A stretch of DNA of 63,947 nucleotides, the filler included, from Barthelona sp. PAP020 (taxonomy: Eukaryota): assembly GCA_040182905.1 (NCBI GenBank). It is 4 parts of 4 records of this genome, joined end to end, with 100 filler letters (N's around TTAATTAATTAA, not from the genome) between each part and the next. Parts side by side here need not be neighbours in the genome. Positions count along the whole stretch, not along the records: positions 1 to 16,566 come from JARQWU010000257.1; 3 more parts are not named here. One strand, written 5' to 3'. Shown here piece by piece: positions 1 to 12,000 of the stretch; position 1 is the first letter of the stretch, and every line of letters begins with the position of its first letter. The position numbers were made by a program, and so were the translations under genes. Under the pieces are notes generated by a model. It made no database searches and had not been told where the DNA came from. It saw only the letters and a program-made list of their open reading frames with translations.

Positions 1-89
1 ACATTTGGATTTCCATGAAACCTATATCTATCCTTTCCATGAATATCCAAAGATCGTTTTGTTATCGTATATGTTTGACTATATGACAT
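1..89 (-). CDS. 5' fragment of an unknown protein running off the window edge
   Basis: ATG at 89-87 opens a stop-free frame to base 1 (MSYSQTYTITKRSLDIHGKDRYRFHGNPN), divergent from TAF2 across an AT-rich spacer. Confidence 0.35.
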   Translation of the reverse strand, partial: MSYSQTYTITKRSLDIHGKDRYRFHGNPN

Positions 90-382
90 GAATACAGAAA
101 TAAATTTTTAATTTTTTGGTCTTGTTTGCAGAAATAATATTTCCCAGTAATGACAAATTTGTTTATCAAATAACTTAAAGCTCCAAAAGTTTTCAGGTTA
201 AAAATGACTTCAAAAGGATAAAGAAATTAAAACAAATTTTATATAATCATTTCACAGGGATAAAATAAATGCTTTCAAAAGAAAGATCAGCTTTTTTTTT
301 TCATAAAATTAGAGAAGAGATAAAAAAAAATAGGAAATGTCAATTCTTTATTATTCTTTAATTTTTGGTGTTATTCAATCGT

Positions 383-3300
383 ATGGCGTATGAAATCAAA
401 GAAGAAACGATTAAATTAACGATTAATCCTGGTACAAAACAATTTGAAGGCGTAATATGTATGCGTTTATTACCAAAAACTTTAATTGCTTCATCTAGTT
501 CCACATCATCCACTTCAATAGCATCAAAGGTTTTACCTCTGGCACTTGGAGGACGAAATGTTGATATTATGAAAATATCTTTTATGATATCTGAATACAA
601 TGAAATAATTGATATTCCTTTTATAGATGTATTTAAACCTTATGAACCTGTTGAAATAACATCAACATTTTCAAATGTAGATGTTTCAATATCTTTATCT
701 ACTGATGAAACACCTAAATTGACGAAGCCTTTATATTCTGCGGCATATGAAGCGAATTGTGCTAATTTTACAAACTTTTTTGGATCTTCTGAAACAAATG
801 GTGAGTCTTTAAGCTTCGAACCACAAATACATCATAATTGGATTGATCAAGTAAACTTGAAAGATTCGATTGGTGGGATTGATTTATTGACATTGCGTAA
901 AAGGCTTAGTAGATATGCTGAAGATGTTCACAATAAGCCACGATTTTTTGCTGAAATCCCTCAATTTTTGTTGACTGAAAATCGGAAAGAATTTGAGCCC
1001 ATCGATATTGAAGTTGAGTTTAAGCTGTGTCATTCCTCAATAGGTGTATTTTTTCAAGACCAACCGTTTAAGTATTGTTATGCTTATTCCTCTGATCAAT
1101 TCCTTCCTTTATTGTATGTTCCAGAGGCCAACAGAAAGTCACAACAATGTGTCTATCGTCCAAGGACATTTCGTAGGTGTTATGAATTCCATGTCACATG
1201 TCCTTCGAATTACCAAGTATTCACCCCTGGTGAAAAGATATCCCAGTTTGTAGTGGATGATTTTTTGACCTATATTTATCAAAGCAAACATCCATATGTA
1301 GTATCACCAAGTTTAATTGGTATTGTTGTTGCTCCTTTGACTGTCCTCACTAAAAAAATGAACTTTGGAGAAAATGAGTTGAAAGTTGTGGCTGCATGTT
1401 TACCTGGTCGTGAAGAACATATGCTGTTGACAGTAAATCATCTCATTGCTCAGATTGCACCTTTTCTTGATGTGTGGGGACGTAATTATTTCCCATTTAT
1501 GCAATTATCTTTAGTCTTTTTAACGGACACTTATCAAGATGTACAAACTTTTGGTGGGTTGGCTGTTATCAATGAAAGATTTTTGGTTTCCACTGAAGAG
1601 GTTTTACATCTTACGGATAACCTCTTTTCGTTGTTATTAGGTCCTTCAGGATGTTTTTTCCCAGGGGTGTATGTACCATATGATGTAAGAGATGAATGGT
1701 TGATTATTGGCTTGCGATATTTCTTTGCATATTTAGTCCTTGTTCAGTATAACTACGATGAATTGGGAATTTCCATGGCACGTGGTGTGGAAGAGTTAAT
1801 TTTCAAGGCACAATGTGAGATTCAAAAAAGAGATATTATTACCACTTTTGGCCCTATTTTTCCTGCATTATCTAGTGTTGATGGTGTGCGAGATTCTTTA
1901 CGGGAGATTGATTTGACTGGTTTTCAACGTCGTTTGTTTGGTATGCTTGAAAAGGATGAAAGTTTTGGGTTCTTTGACATGTTTGATATGTACACTTGTT
2001 ATGATTTGTTAGCAAAGAAAGCCTTTTTACTACTTTATCAGGTCTATAATAGTTATGCTGATCCAACAAAATTCTTTCAAGAAATATTTGCTACTTTATC
2101 GAAAGAGAAGGTTTTATTGCCTCTAACCACCAGTAATTTCATCTCTTTGGTTTCTCATGGTTCTTCTGACATCAGAGATCTATTCTCTTATTGGTTATTA
2201 TATCATGGCATTCCTAAGTTTGATATTTGCTATGTCTTTTACAACAAACGTAGTGAAAGGCCTTATTTAGCAGCATTTAGACATCATATTTCCACTTCTA
2301 GTGATGAAAAGCAAATTCTGTTACCATTCAAAATTACGGGGCATTATAGTCCCAAATTATCGACAACATTAACCCATCTTCCTGAAATAAGTGTCAAAAG
2401 CATATTTGCATATCATAGTGGCAATATGACAGAAAAAAGTAAAAACCGTAGACCAGGAGGTCCCGGAGGTCCTGGAGCAACTGGTGACATGCCTAAACTA
2501 TCCAAGTTTGATACAAACCGTATTTACTACATGACATTTGATCCAGAAGCCAAATTGATTGCTGATATTCACACTTGGCATGGAAAAGACTCAGTTACAA
2601 ACATTTTTGCGAGATGTTCCAACTATTCATTGGTCTATCAATTGCGTGAGATGAAACATACATTGGAAAATGATGGTTTGGTAAATTCCTCACCCATGTT
2701 GGATTTAGCTATTACAGTGATGGAGAATGACCCTTCGATACGAGTATGTTCCCAAATAAAGGGAGAGTTGATCGAAGCAATTGCACATTCAAACGATGAA
2801 TCTCATCGTTTGTTTTTTTATTTGGAGAACATGTTGTTATATCCCCATTCCAGCGAGATTAAACCTCGTGATTTATCTGGTTTTGATGATTTGCGAGTGA
2901 TGATTGCATGCATGAAGAATATTGCGAAATACTCTGCTCATCTAGATTTTGCTAGGGCTAGACTGCCAGCAAACAATGTTCTTGAATATTTCGTAATTTT
3001 ACTTTCAAATCATCAGACAGTTGTAGATTTTTTCGATTTTAACTTTTTAGAAGGTCTGTTTGAAGCTATTTGTTCTATTCCTATGAATATTGTCAATTCT
3101 AATGCCTTTGCTGATCACACAACGTTAACAAATTTGTTTCTTTTGGTTATTTCAAAGGTAGAAGACTTGTTTCAGTTTATTGATCATCCAACGGCTTTAA
3201 ATACTATTTGTCAGAACATCAAAGCAATAACACATCTGTTCATACTGGGTGCTTATCATCCCACAGTAGATTTTTCTGTTTTTACTAAGATTGTTTCTTT

Positions 3301-3745
3301 CAATTGCAATTCAGAGGTTAGATTGACAGCGGTCAAGGGCTTTATTCGTATTCATCTTTTCAACCAAAGCTTGTCTTCACAATATCAAGAGCATATATTA
3401 AATTGTGTTGATTTACTCCAGCAATTATTGAAAATTAGCTTTAACGATCATTCTCCTAATTTCGGATCGAAAGTCATTCATTCATTTGTTAAAATGTGCT
3501 ATTCAAAAACAAACAAAGTCAATTCAAATTGCTCACAATATTTATCTCCTCTTCAAAGTGTTTCTCTCACTTCAGATTTGAAGCAAGTCATTAATGATAT
3601 TTATGGCTTGATTCATGGTGGTTATTGTCTTCACAACATGCACTTGTATTTTGGTTTGTTGGATCTTCTTCAATTATTGTTTGGAACTCATACTCCCCCT
3701 GGATTTAGAGGGCAAGGTGATGCTGTTGTGGATTTGTTTTATTAA
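383..3745 (+). CDS. TAF2: TFIID subunit 2 (inactive M1-aminopeptidase fold)
   Basis: ~1120 aa with M1-peptidase-like layout and no HEXXH. The segment QLSLVFLTDTYQDV...CFFPGVYVPYDVRDEWLIIGL matches the TAF2 conserved block. First ATG is 383 (ORF track starts at TTG 365). Confidence 0.7.
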   Translation: MAYEIKEETIKLTINPGTKQFEGVICMRLLPKTLIASSSSTSSTSIASKVLPLALGGRNVDIMKISFMISEYNEIIDIPFIDVFKPYEPVEITSTFSNVDVSISLSTDETPKLTKPLYSAAYEANCANFTNFFGSSETNGESLSFEPQIHHNWIDQVNLKDSIGGIDLLTLRKRLSRYAEDVHNKPRFFAEIPQFLLTENRKEFEPIDIEVEFKLCHSSIGVFFQDQPFKYCYAYSSDQFLPLLYVPEANRKSQQCVYRPRTFRRCYEFHVTCPSNYQVFTPGEKISQFVVDDFLTYIYQSKHPYVVSPSLIGIVVAPLTVLTKKMNFGENELKVVAACLPGREEHMLLTVNHLIAQIAPFLDVWGRNYFPFMQLSLVFLTDTYQDVQTFGGLAVINERFLVSTEEVLHLTDNLFSLLLGPSGCFFPGVYVPYDVRDEWLIIGLRYFFAYLVLVQYNYDELGISMARGVEELIFKAQCEIQKRDIITTFGPIFPALSSVDGVRDSLREIDLTGFQRRLFGMLEKDESFGFFDMFDMYTCYDLLAKKAFLLLYQVYNSYADPTKFFQEIFATLSKEKVLLPLTTSNFISLVSHGSSDIRDLFSYWLLYHGIPKFDICYVFYNKRSERPYLAAFRHHISTSSDEKQILLPFKITGHYSPKLSTTLTHLPEISVKSIFAYHSGNMTEKSKNRRPGGPGGPGATGDMPKLSKFDTNRIYYMTFDPEAKLIADIHTWHGKDSVTNIFARCSNYSLVYQLREMKHTLENDGLVNSSPMLDLAITVMENDPSIRVCSQIKGELIEAIAHSNDESHRLFFYLENMLLYPHSSEIKPRDLSGFDDLRVMIACMKNIAKYSAHLDFARARLPANNVLEYFVILLSNHQTVVDFFDFNFLEGLFEAICSIPMNIVNSNAFADHTTLTNLFLLVISKVEDLFQFIDHPTALNTICQNIKAITHLFILGAYHPTVDFSVFTKIVSFNCNSEVRLTAVKGFIRIHLFNQSLSSQYQEHILNCVDLLQQLLKISFNDHSPNFGSKVIHSFVKMCYSKTNKVNSNCSQYLSPLQSVSLTSDLKQVINDIYGLIHGGYCLHNMHLYFGLLDLLQLLFGTHTPPGFRGQGDAVVDLFY

Positions 3746-4043
3746 ATTGTTCCACAATTGTTGAAAAATAATTATAAACCCTATCAAGTAAATAAATAAC
3801 ATACATCATTTGTCATTTTTAATTGTTTGTTTCATCAATTTTTTTGTCAAATTGTGTCTTTAATCATGTTTGGAGGCTGATTTGACAAATTCTTGCCTTT
3901 GAAAGAGAAATTATTCATTTAATTAAAAAGAAGAGATTTATATGTCATTTATTTGTACTATTGTGGTCCATTTATCAATTAAAAATGAAGATTTATCATT
4001 GTTGAATTAGTATCAAATTTTTTTTTCATGTCTTTTTGTTTAA

Positions 4044-4604
4044 ATGGATGATAAACATGAAAAATTTATGAGAATTGCTTTAGATGTTGCAAAGGATGCA
4101 ATATGGAAGGGAGAAGTACCAGTTGGCTGTGTTTTTGTTCATAATGATGAAATCATTTCAAAGACCCATAATATGACAAATCAGTCACAAAACGGAACAA
4201 GACATGCAGAAATTGAATCAATAGATACGATTTTATATGGATGTTCACAAAGACCTCGTGAACATCATTTATTGACTCAAGATTGCAATGTAGATCCAAG
4301 TTATTTCCATGAAATAGATGTTTATGTCACATTAGAACCGTGTATTATGTGTGCTGCTGCATTAAGAAAATTGAATGTGAGACATGTTTATTTTGGTGCT
4401 TCAAATGAAAAATTTGGTGGTACTGTTGGATTGTTTAACATTCTGTCTGACACAAATATTGAAGGAGATCCTATTCCTTTTACTGGAGGAATATTAGAGG
4501 ATGAAGCAATTGATATTTTGAAATGTTTTTTTGAAAAAGGTAACCCAAATGCTCCTTCGGATAAAAGGCAAAGACCTTTAAAACACAGCCCACTTTTAGA
4601 ATGA
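4044..4604 (+). CDS. ADAT2: tRNA-specific adenosine-34 deaminase catalytic subunit (Tad2)
   Basis: GEVPVGCVFV, HAE and TLEPCIMC zinc-deaminase motifs; FG.SNEKFGG; C-terminal GNPNAP typical of eukaryotic Tad2. Confidence 0.92.
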   Translation: MDDKHEKFMRIALDVAKDAIWKGEVPVGCVFVHNDEIISKTHNMTNQSQNGTRHAEIESIDTILYGCSQRPREHHLLTQDCNVDPSYFHEIDVYVTLEPCIMCAAALRKLNVRHVYFGASNEKFGGTVGLFNILSDTNIEGDPIPFTGGILEDEAIDILKCFFEKGNPNAPSDKRQRPLKHSPLLE

Positions 4605-5116
4605 ACGATGATTCAAAGTTCTGTGTTCTTCATGTAATGGTTTTTAATAGCTATTTTTAATTTACCACAATTTTTAAACAATAAAGATCTTACTTTCTGT
4701 TGATACGCATTGGATTTGACCTGGTTCGACAAGTTGGTTCTCATCTTTATCATTTGGGTATTATCAAAGTTTTTTATTGATATATTTTGATGGTATACTT
4801 GAATAAAATGCATAAATTTATCGATTCACAAGGAAATTTGAGCTTTTTTTTTTTAAATTAACTTTGAAGTTTCAAATCAATATACAAAAATTCTTTGATG
4901 AGATGTTAAAACTTAGGAATTGCATGAAATAACATATTAAGCCTTTTTCTATGGAAGGAAATATATATTTTTGTTTACTCCATGTTTTTATTTGGTTGTA
5001 CTTGTTTGAAGTGTTGTGAATTGTTCATTTAAATTGCTTAAATAAATTTATAAATTTGTCAGTTAAGACAAGGAGCATTCGGCAATACTTTTTATTTCTT
5101 TGTTTTTCCTTTCAAA

Positions 5117-8100
5117 ATGACAACAGTTTATACTGCAAAGGTTATTATTTGATTAGAGTACAAACTAACTTGTTTTAGGATATGAAACGATTGGTTCGAC
5201 CTGAGTTTGAACAAAATCCAGATAATTTTTATCCCACAGATTTTTTAAGATCTAAAGGATTTATTAGATGTCAATGTGTTGAATGTGGACATTATTTTTG
5301 GAAACAACCTGAAAATGTTTCTGATTTTTGTGGAGATTCTAATTGTGTTGGAAGTTATACTTTTATTGGTGAAGGTGCTGGTATTGGACACAATAAATTA
5401 GAAAATCCAACAAAAATTAGCTTTTCTGATGCTTGGAAAATTTATATGCAAGCCATGGAGACATTTGAACATAAGTCAACTGCTATTGATCGATATCCAG
5501 TTGTTGCACGTTGGAGAAAAGATGTTGATTATGTTGCTGCGGGTATTTATTGTTTTCAACCACAATGTGTCTCTGGAGAAATTCAAGCTCCTGAAAATCC
5601 TTTGATTTGCCCTCAATTTTGTTTGAGATTTAACGATTTAGATTCTATTGGTATTTCTGGACGTCATCATGGTGGTTTTGTCATGCTTGGTAATCAAGCA
5701 TTCAATTACAATCATTCTCATCAATATCACAAAGCAGGTCATTATTACTTTGCTGAAGAAGTTGTTGCTGCACATTTGAATTGGTTGGTCAACCATTTAC
5801 ATATTGATATCAATGAAATTACCTTGACCGAAGATATTTGGGCCGGTGGTGGAAATCTTGGTCCTTGTGTTGAAATTTTTGTCAAGGGTTTGGAAGTTGG
5901 TAATATGGTCTTGATGCAATTTAGATACGATGGTTTAGGTGGTTATGAGCCATTGGATGTCAAAGTAGTTGATGTTGGTATTGGATTAGAGCGTATTCCT
6001 TGGTTAATCAATGGATCTTTGACTTCCTATCATGATACTCATGCTGAGGCACTTCAATATTTGAAGGAAAAGTTGGGAGATGCGTTTGATTTAGATAGCG
6101 AAGAGTTGCGTAGATTTTCTCCTTTTAGTTGCATGTTAAATGTGGATGAAAGTGATGATATGGAGGCTACATGGAAAGGTGTCGCTCAATCATGTAATTA
6201 CGAAGATGTTGACCAATTGAAGAAAGTTATTGGACCTTTTAGAGATGCTGCTATTATATGTGATCATACCAGAGCATTGATGATGGCCATTTATGATGGC
6301 TCTTTACCAGCTGGTTCTGGTGGTGCTTTCAATCTTAGAGCAATGATGCGTCGTATTTTGGGAATTATGAACAAGAATGAATGGTTTGTTGGAAATGAAG
6401 TGACAACAATTGTTGAGTTGATGAATATTCATAAGGAAGCTTTGGCAACTATTGGACAAGGGTATATTTTTGAAACAGATTCTTTGGAGGCAATTGTCAC
6501 CAAAGAATATGACAGTTTTATGAGTCAACAAGGTGAAATTGAAAAGGAGTTGAAAAAGTGGAAATCTAAAAACAAAACTTTGGAAATGAAGGATTGGGTG
6601 ACCTTAATCACTGCCTTAGGAATTCCTGTTGAAAAGATACAAGAAGTTTTGGGTCAAACACCTCCTGATAATCTGTTCACTTTCATGACTGAACAACAAG
6701 AACGAAATTTGGCCAAATCTGCTATTCAAGTTTATGATATGTCTGACAAATCTGCCACTCGTGAATTATTCATGGAAGATGAAAGATTGAATGAATGTGA
6801 AGTGCAAGGTCTTTTTATTATTAAAGATTTGGAAGGAGAAGTTGAATCAAAGAAAGGCAAGAAAGATAAAAAGCAAAAAAAAAGTAAAGAATCAGATAAC
6901 AGTGTTGAAGATGTATCTACAAGTAATTTTGGCAAATATCATATAGTTGCTTTGGATCAAACTGTTTTATACCCTACTTCTGGGGGACAAGATCATGATT
7001 CTGGTCGTTTATGTTTGAATGATGTTTGGTATGAAATCATTGATGTAACAAAAGTTGGTCCCGTTATTTTCCACCATTTGGATCGTGAAATCGAAGGAAT
7101 TGAATTTGGTGATCGTGAAGCTAAGATTATTGATTTTGATTTTAAGGGTGTTGTTGTGTTGGATAGAGAACGTAGAGATATCCTTAAATGTCACCATTCT
7201 GCTGCTCATGTTCTTAATGCAGCGGCTAAAAAGATCTTGGGACCTCATATTTGGCAATCTGGTGCTCATAAGAGTGTTGATAAAGCTCATTTGGATATCA
7301 CCCATTTTGAAACATTAGATGAGGCTACCCTTGAGCAAATTGAAGATTTAGCAAATGCAATGGTGAAACAAGGAAATGAAGTTGTTATCAACAACATGAA
7401 TAAGCGTGATGCTGAAGGAAAGTATGGATTCACCTTATATCAGGGTGGTGTTGTTGCTGGTACTGTGGTTCGTGTTGTCAATATTGAAGGACTTGATGTT
7501 GAAGCTTGTTGCGGTACACATGTTGAAAGAATCTCAGAGATTGGTTTAATTAGAATTTTAAGCTGTAGTTCACAAGGTACTGGTGGAGGAATTCGTCTAT
7601 CTTTTGTTGCGGGTAAAGCAGCACATGATTTGCGTCATAAAGAACAAAGAATGATCAAATATTTAGGGCTTAAATATAGTATGGGAAGTTTAATGGACTT
7701 TGATGTTCAAATTGATAAGTTTTATGAATCGTTCAAGAAATGGAATAAGATTGATAAATATGTCACTTTGGTAGTAAAAAATGCTGTTCTTGCTGGAGGT
7801 GACATTGACAAATATTATGTCAAATTAAATGAAATCGATAGCAGTGGTTATATGAGTGCTTTCCAAAAATTGAGTTCCAGTTTTGTTGAAACAAATAGAA
7901 CTTTTTTGGCTTTTGGGGAAGATTATTTAGTTGGTATTTTGCCTTATGTTGTTCCTAAAAAACCTGAAGATAACGATTTCTTAACCATTTTAGAAGGAGA
8001 AATTAGTAAGTATTTTACAAATAAAACCAAACCCATTATTATGAGAAAGAAAGGTTTCAGTCTCATTCAATTTAGAGAATTGAGTAATACAAGTGCTTTT

Positions 8101-8148
8101 AACAAGGTTTTACAAACATTAGGTTTTGTGGACATTCAAACAATGTGA
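5117..8148 (+). CDS. AARS: Alanyl-tRNA synthetase, archaeal type; join(5117..5140,5179..8148)
   Basis: N-terminal CxxC...CGD..C zinc region, RYPVVARWR, DVGIGLER, DHTR, editing motifs HHSAAH and CCGTH. A short exon MTTVYTAK splices in frame via a 38-nt GT-AG intron. Confidence 0.93.
5141..5178 (+). other. Predicted spliceosomal intron (38 nt, phase 0) in AlaRS
   Basis: GTTATT...ACTAAC(5164-5169)TTGTTTTAG; removal joins ATG 5117 in frame with the main ORF. Confidence 0.7.
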
Positions 8149-8319
8149 GTTCTTCATCAAATATTTTATTTTGCCGTAAATTAATAATAAATGTTTGTTC
8201 TTTTTTTTTAAATATTTGTTTTTCGCAAAGAGATAAAGACAACCCTTTTGAAAAAGAAAAATGAATAAATGTCTTTTATACGAATCCTATCTAATAGAAC
8301 AATGTTTAAACTTCACAAT

Positions 8320-8817
8320 TTAGAATTTCATCATATGAGGATATTGACCATTTCTAAGTGTAAATTTGGAACGAAGATATTCTTTCATATGAGGAACGCT
8401 CTTAACACCTTCTAATAATAAAGCATCAACTTCAGCTTGATTGACATCACCCTTAACGGATTCGTCATCGAAATTGGAAAAGTCACCAATTTCAATCTTA
8501 GCAGATGTAGGCATAACGTAAACTTGGTTAACACGACGAAGAGGAACACCATTAATCTTATAAGGTCCTAAATACGTTAGTTTTGAACAATAGTAAATTA
8601 GTAAATGAATAAATAATGATTACAATAACATACCAGCAACAAGGAGAAGACCAGAGTTAAGTTGTTTCAAGAAAACGACACGCTTACCAGCGAAACGACC
8701 GGCAAGAAGAATAAGGATCTGACCAGGAACAATGTTGTGTTTAAGAGCAGGTGCAGCATGCTTACCCTTTCTAGTTTTTAAAGGAACTGGGGTTCTTTGA
8801 ACTTGGATCTTTGACAT
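8320..8817 (-). CDS. RPL6: 60S ribosomal protein eL6; complement(join(8320..8567,8634..8817)), 143 aa
   Basis: [23 protein letters not shown]...[20 protein letters not shown]...[16 protein letters not shown]; two ORF-track pieces join in frame across one intron. Confidence 0.96.
8568..8633 (-). other. Spliceosomal intron (66 nt, phase 1) in RPL6
   Basis: GTATGT...ACTAAC GTATTTAG; splicing restores the conserved eL6 motif [13 protein letters not shown]. Confidence 0.93.
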
Positions 8818-9098
8818 TTAAACAAGAAAATGATAAAAAGTGAAAAGTTTCAACAATTTTTTTGCAACTTTTTTTTTTTTTTTCATTGTTTTATCATCTA
8901 TTGGTTGTTTTAACCAAGCATTTGCCTGAAAATTTTTTTCACAGTATGTTTTTATTCTTTTTATATCATATTTTGAAAATAATTTTTTTTTCAAACCAAA
9001 TTATCTTTTTTTTTTTGAAGCAATTTATTGTTTTAAATTGATAATAATAAAAAAACATTGTTAAATTTCCAATAATTTTTATGTTATGTGTAATACGA

Positions 9099-12000
9099 TT
9101 AAATTTTTTCCAAAGAATGAATTTTAATACGACCCATATTGCAATAAACATCTAATCTCGCAAGGGCAGTTATCTTTGGAACGACTAAATAATATTGATC
9201 TTGTGAACTGCTAAAAAAATAAGCAACATATTGATGGTGTTTTGGAATTACATTATCTGTTCTTAAACTAAATGGTTGAACTGTTGTATAATTCATACCA
9301 CCTCTTGAAATTCTTAATTCAAGTTGAGATACATTCAATTCAGCATCCATTGATGCAATTGTAACGAATAATTTTAAATTTCTACATTTTAATGGTACAT
9401 CTAAACTAAAATTATAAGGTTTATCGATTTCATTGAGCAAAACATAGGAGCGATTCAATCTTTTTGTCCAAACAGAAGCGTAAATTAAAGAAACTTCATG
9501 CAAAAATGTCTGAAATGGCATCCAACCGCCATTTGGGAATTTTCTTGAACAACTATTGATTAAACCAACTGCTGCTGGATCACTATCAATCAAATTATGA
9601 TCATACTCATTTTCAATGTGATTTTGGCTATTAGCCGGTACAATAAAAACAAATCGATGAGAGATTCTATCGATTACTGTCAAAGTTGATTCAACAACAC
9701 ACGTTACATTAAACATGTCACAAAAGAAGATCATGATAGAATCTGAAACAGAATTATCAAGATATTTCCAGAATAATTCTTGTTTTGGAATCTCATATTT
9801 TAACTGTGTTGTTTTAAATGAATTGGTTAATGTACCAAAATAATCCAAACATTCAAAAACTTTCAGATCTGGTTCTGTTGAATTTGTTTGAGCTACTAAT
9901 GCCTTGGACAACAAAGGAAATAACGAAGAAGTATTATTATTTGGCAAAACACATTGAAATTGCCACTGTTCAATTCCATCATTCGGCTCTGGTTTAATAT
10001 CATCCACATAAACATACAAGGGAATACCAACAACAAATAATTTGACTAAAACCAAACCACAAATATCATAACTGTCAATAAGAGTGGGTAAAATATCTTG
10101 ATTTCCTGAGAGAAAGAAGATATGCATCGCTTCTTCGAAGAATTTCCATTTTTGACTTGGTATTTCCAATGAATTTATTCGAATTTGAGCAAATAAACTA
10201 TCTAAATTTAAACGATTGAATGTTCTATAATCGAACTCTTTCATCGCAAATTTTTTGTTAGCAATTCTCAAATTTTCAGCTAATTGATAGAATTGCTTTA
10301 AGGCTAATCTAATACGATAATTATGCTTCCTTTTCTTTTGTTTTGTGGTCAACATCAAAGCATTGTACTGTATTAACAACATTTTTATGTAGCTACCAAG
10401 ATTATTTACATTGTTTTCATATTCAAAATTCGCTTTTGAAGATTCATTCTTTCTATCCTCTTCCTCTTTTAAAACTTTGATAATATTGATAATGTTGGCA
10501 ATCAACGTCAGTATTTCACTGGAGATTGATTTTTTAATTTCGAAAGTTGCCATGAAATCGATAACATGATTACAAAAGTTGTTAACCTCCCTTGATAAGG
10601 TCTCAATATTAGTAAATTTTATGTTTTTTTCGGAGATTTTTAAAAAAACCGAATCGTTGATGCTGTTGATGTGAACATTATTGCTGTTTGTGAAGTCTTC
10701 AGCTACCATAGTGCTATTTGGTTGTTTTTCAATGATACTTTGTTCTCTCTTAACATTCATGAGATCCATAACACCATATAACATCGGTTTTTCGTAAAAT
10801 TTAGGTGTACTTGTTTCTCCAACCACAATTTGTGGTGTATTCCCATCTAAAATTAAAGATATCTCTTTTTCTGAACCATTTTCCAGTATATTTAAATTTT
10901 TCAGTGATTGGGTTTGTGATGGAAGTTTGAGTTGTTCATCGGTTTCAACTTTAAACTCTCTTGAATGAATGTGTTCATTATCGCTTGAATCTTTCATCAT
11001 TTTACCCTCGTTTAAAACAATCATATCTGAAGCATATGAAGAATTGGTGCTTCCTTTACAAAGTTTATTGCTACATACCGAATTAATCACTTCCACATCA
11101 TTGATGATATTTTCTTTTTCATTTTCGCTTTCTGGCATAGACTCATCATCTCCGGTTGTGCCTTTATCATAGGAATCAAAATCTGATGTGACATTCTTAA
11201 TGTCCATGGAAAAATTTTCTTTTGTGGAGATCACAGCAAGAGGCAATTCATAATTGTCTTGTTCCTCAATAGTCTTAGGGAAAACAAAATTTTCAATGTC
11301 CTCAATGTCAGATACTTCACTTTGTTCTACACTGGAAAATTTAAACTTGGAAGGAGTCTTGGCAAAATTTCCCACAATATTTTGAGGGATTACATTTTCT
11401 GTGGAATTAACAAAAAGATTTGTTTCAGCTTTGTTTTTACTCTTTAGCAATTCTTTGATCTCTTTTTTCGATAAATGACTCATGAAACTCTGTATCTCCG
11501 CAGCAACATCTCCATCTATGAATGAATGTAAAGGACTGTTGAGTTCAGATGATGAATTAAATGCAGAAACAAGCAAAGTTGAATCTTTGTCAGGATCACA
11601 TGTATACACTTCTTGTGTAATAACGTTAGCACTTTTGGCTAAATCACTATATTCTGAGCCACATGAAACGGTATTATTTACAGAATGAACATGAGATATT
11701 TGAGGCGATATTATTATTTCATTGTTTGTAGTGCCAATAGGCTCATTAATACTGCTGACAACTCGTCGATTATCAGGAACCTTGTTAAATTTGCTATTTC
11801 TTCTAGGGCCATTTTTTTTCTTTCGAAAAGAACTTGAAAACAAACTACTACTTCTCTCTAAACTTTTAAACGTTGAGAAAGAAGCATGACCTAGCAATTG
11901 TTTCTTACTCACCAACTGCTTTGGTGTGGAAATAGTTTTAGCAGATTTGTATGAATCCTTTGAACACTTTGAATTTTTTGAATTGATTGAACTTTTTGAA

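Noticed and set aside
383..3745. Active M1 aminopeptidase
   Set aside because: No HEXXH or GAMEN motifs; TAF2 explains the fold
3843..3889. 10-bp inverted repeat (TTTGTCAAAT/ATTTGACAAA) with an internal CTGA, as a possible C/D snoRNA
   Set aside because: No C box at the proper position and too short; such stems are expected by chance in AT-rich DNA
4613..4813. 66-aa minus-strand ORF, or a tRNA around GGTTCGA at ~4722
   Set aside because: No protein motif; no cloverleaf or acceptor stem can be built around the T-loop-like sequence
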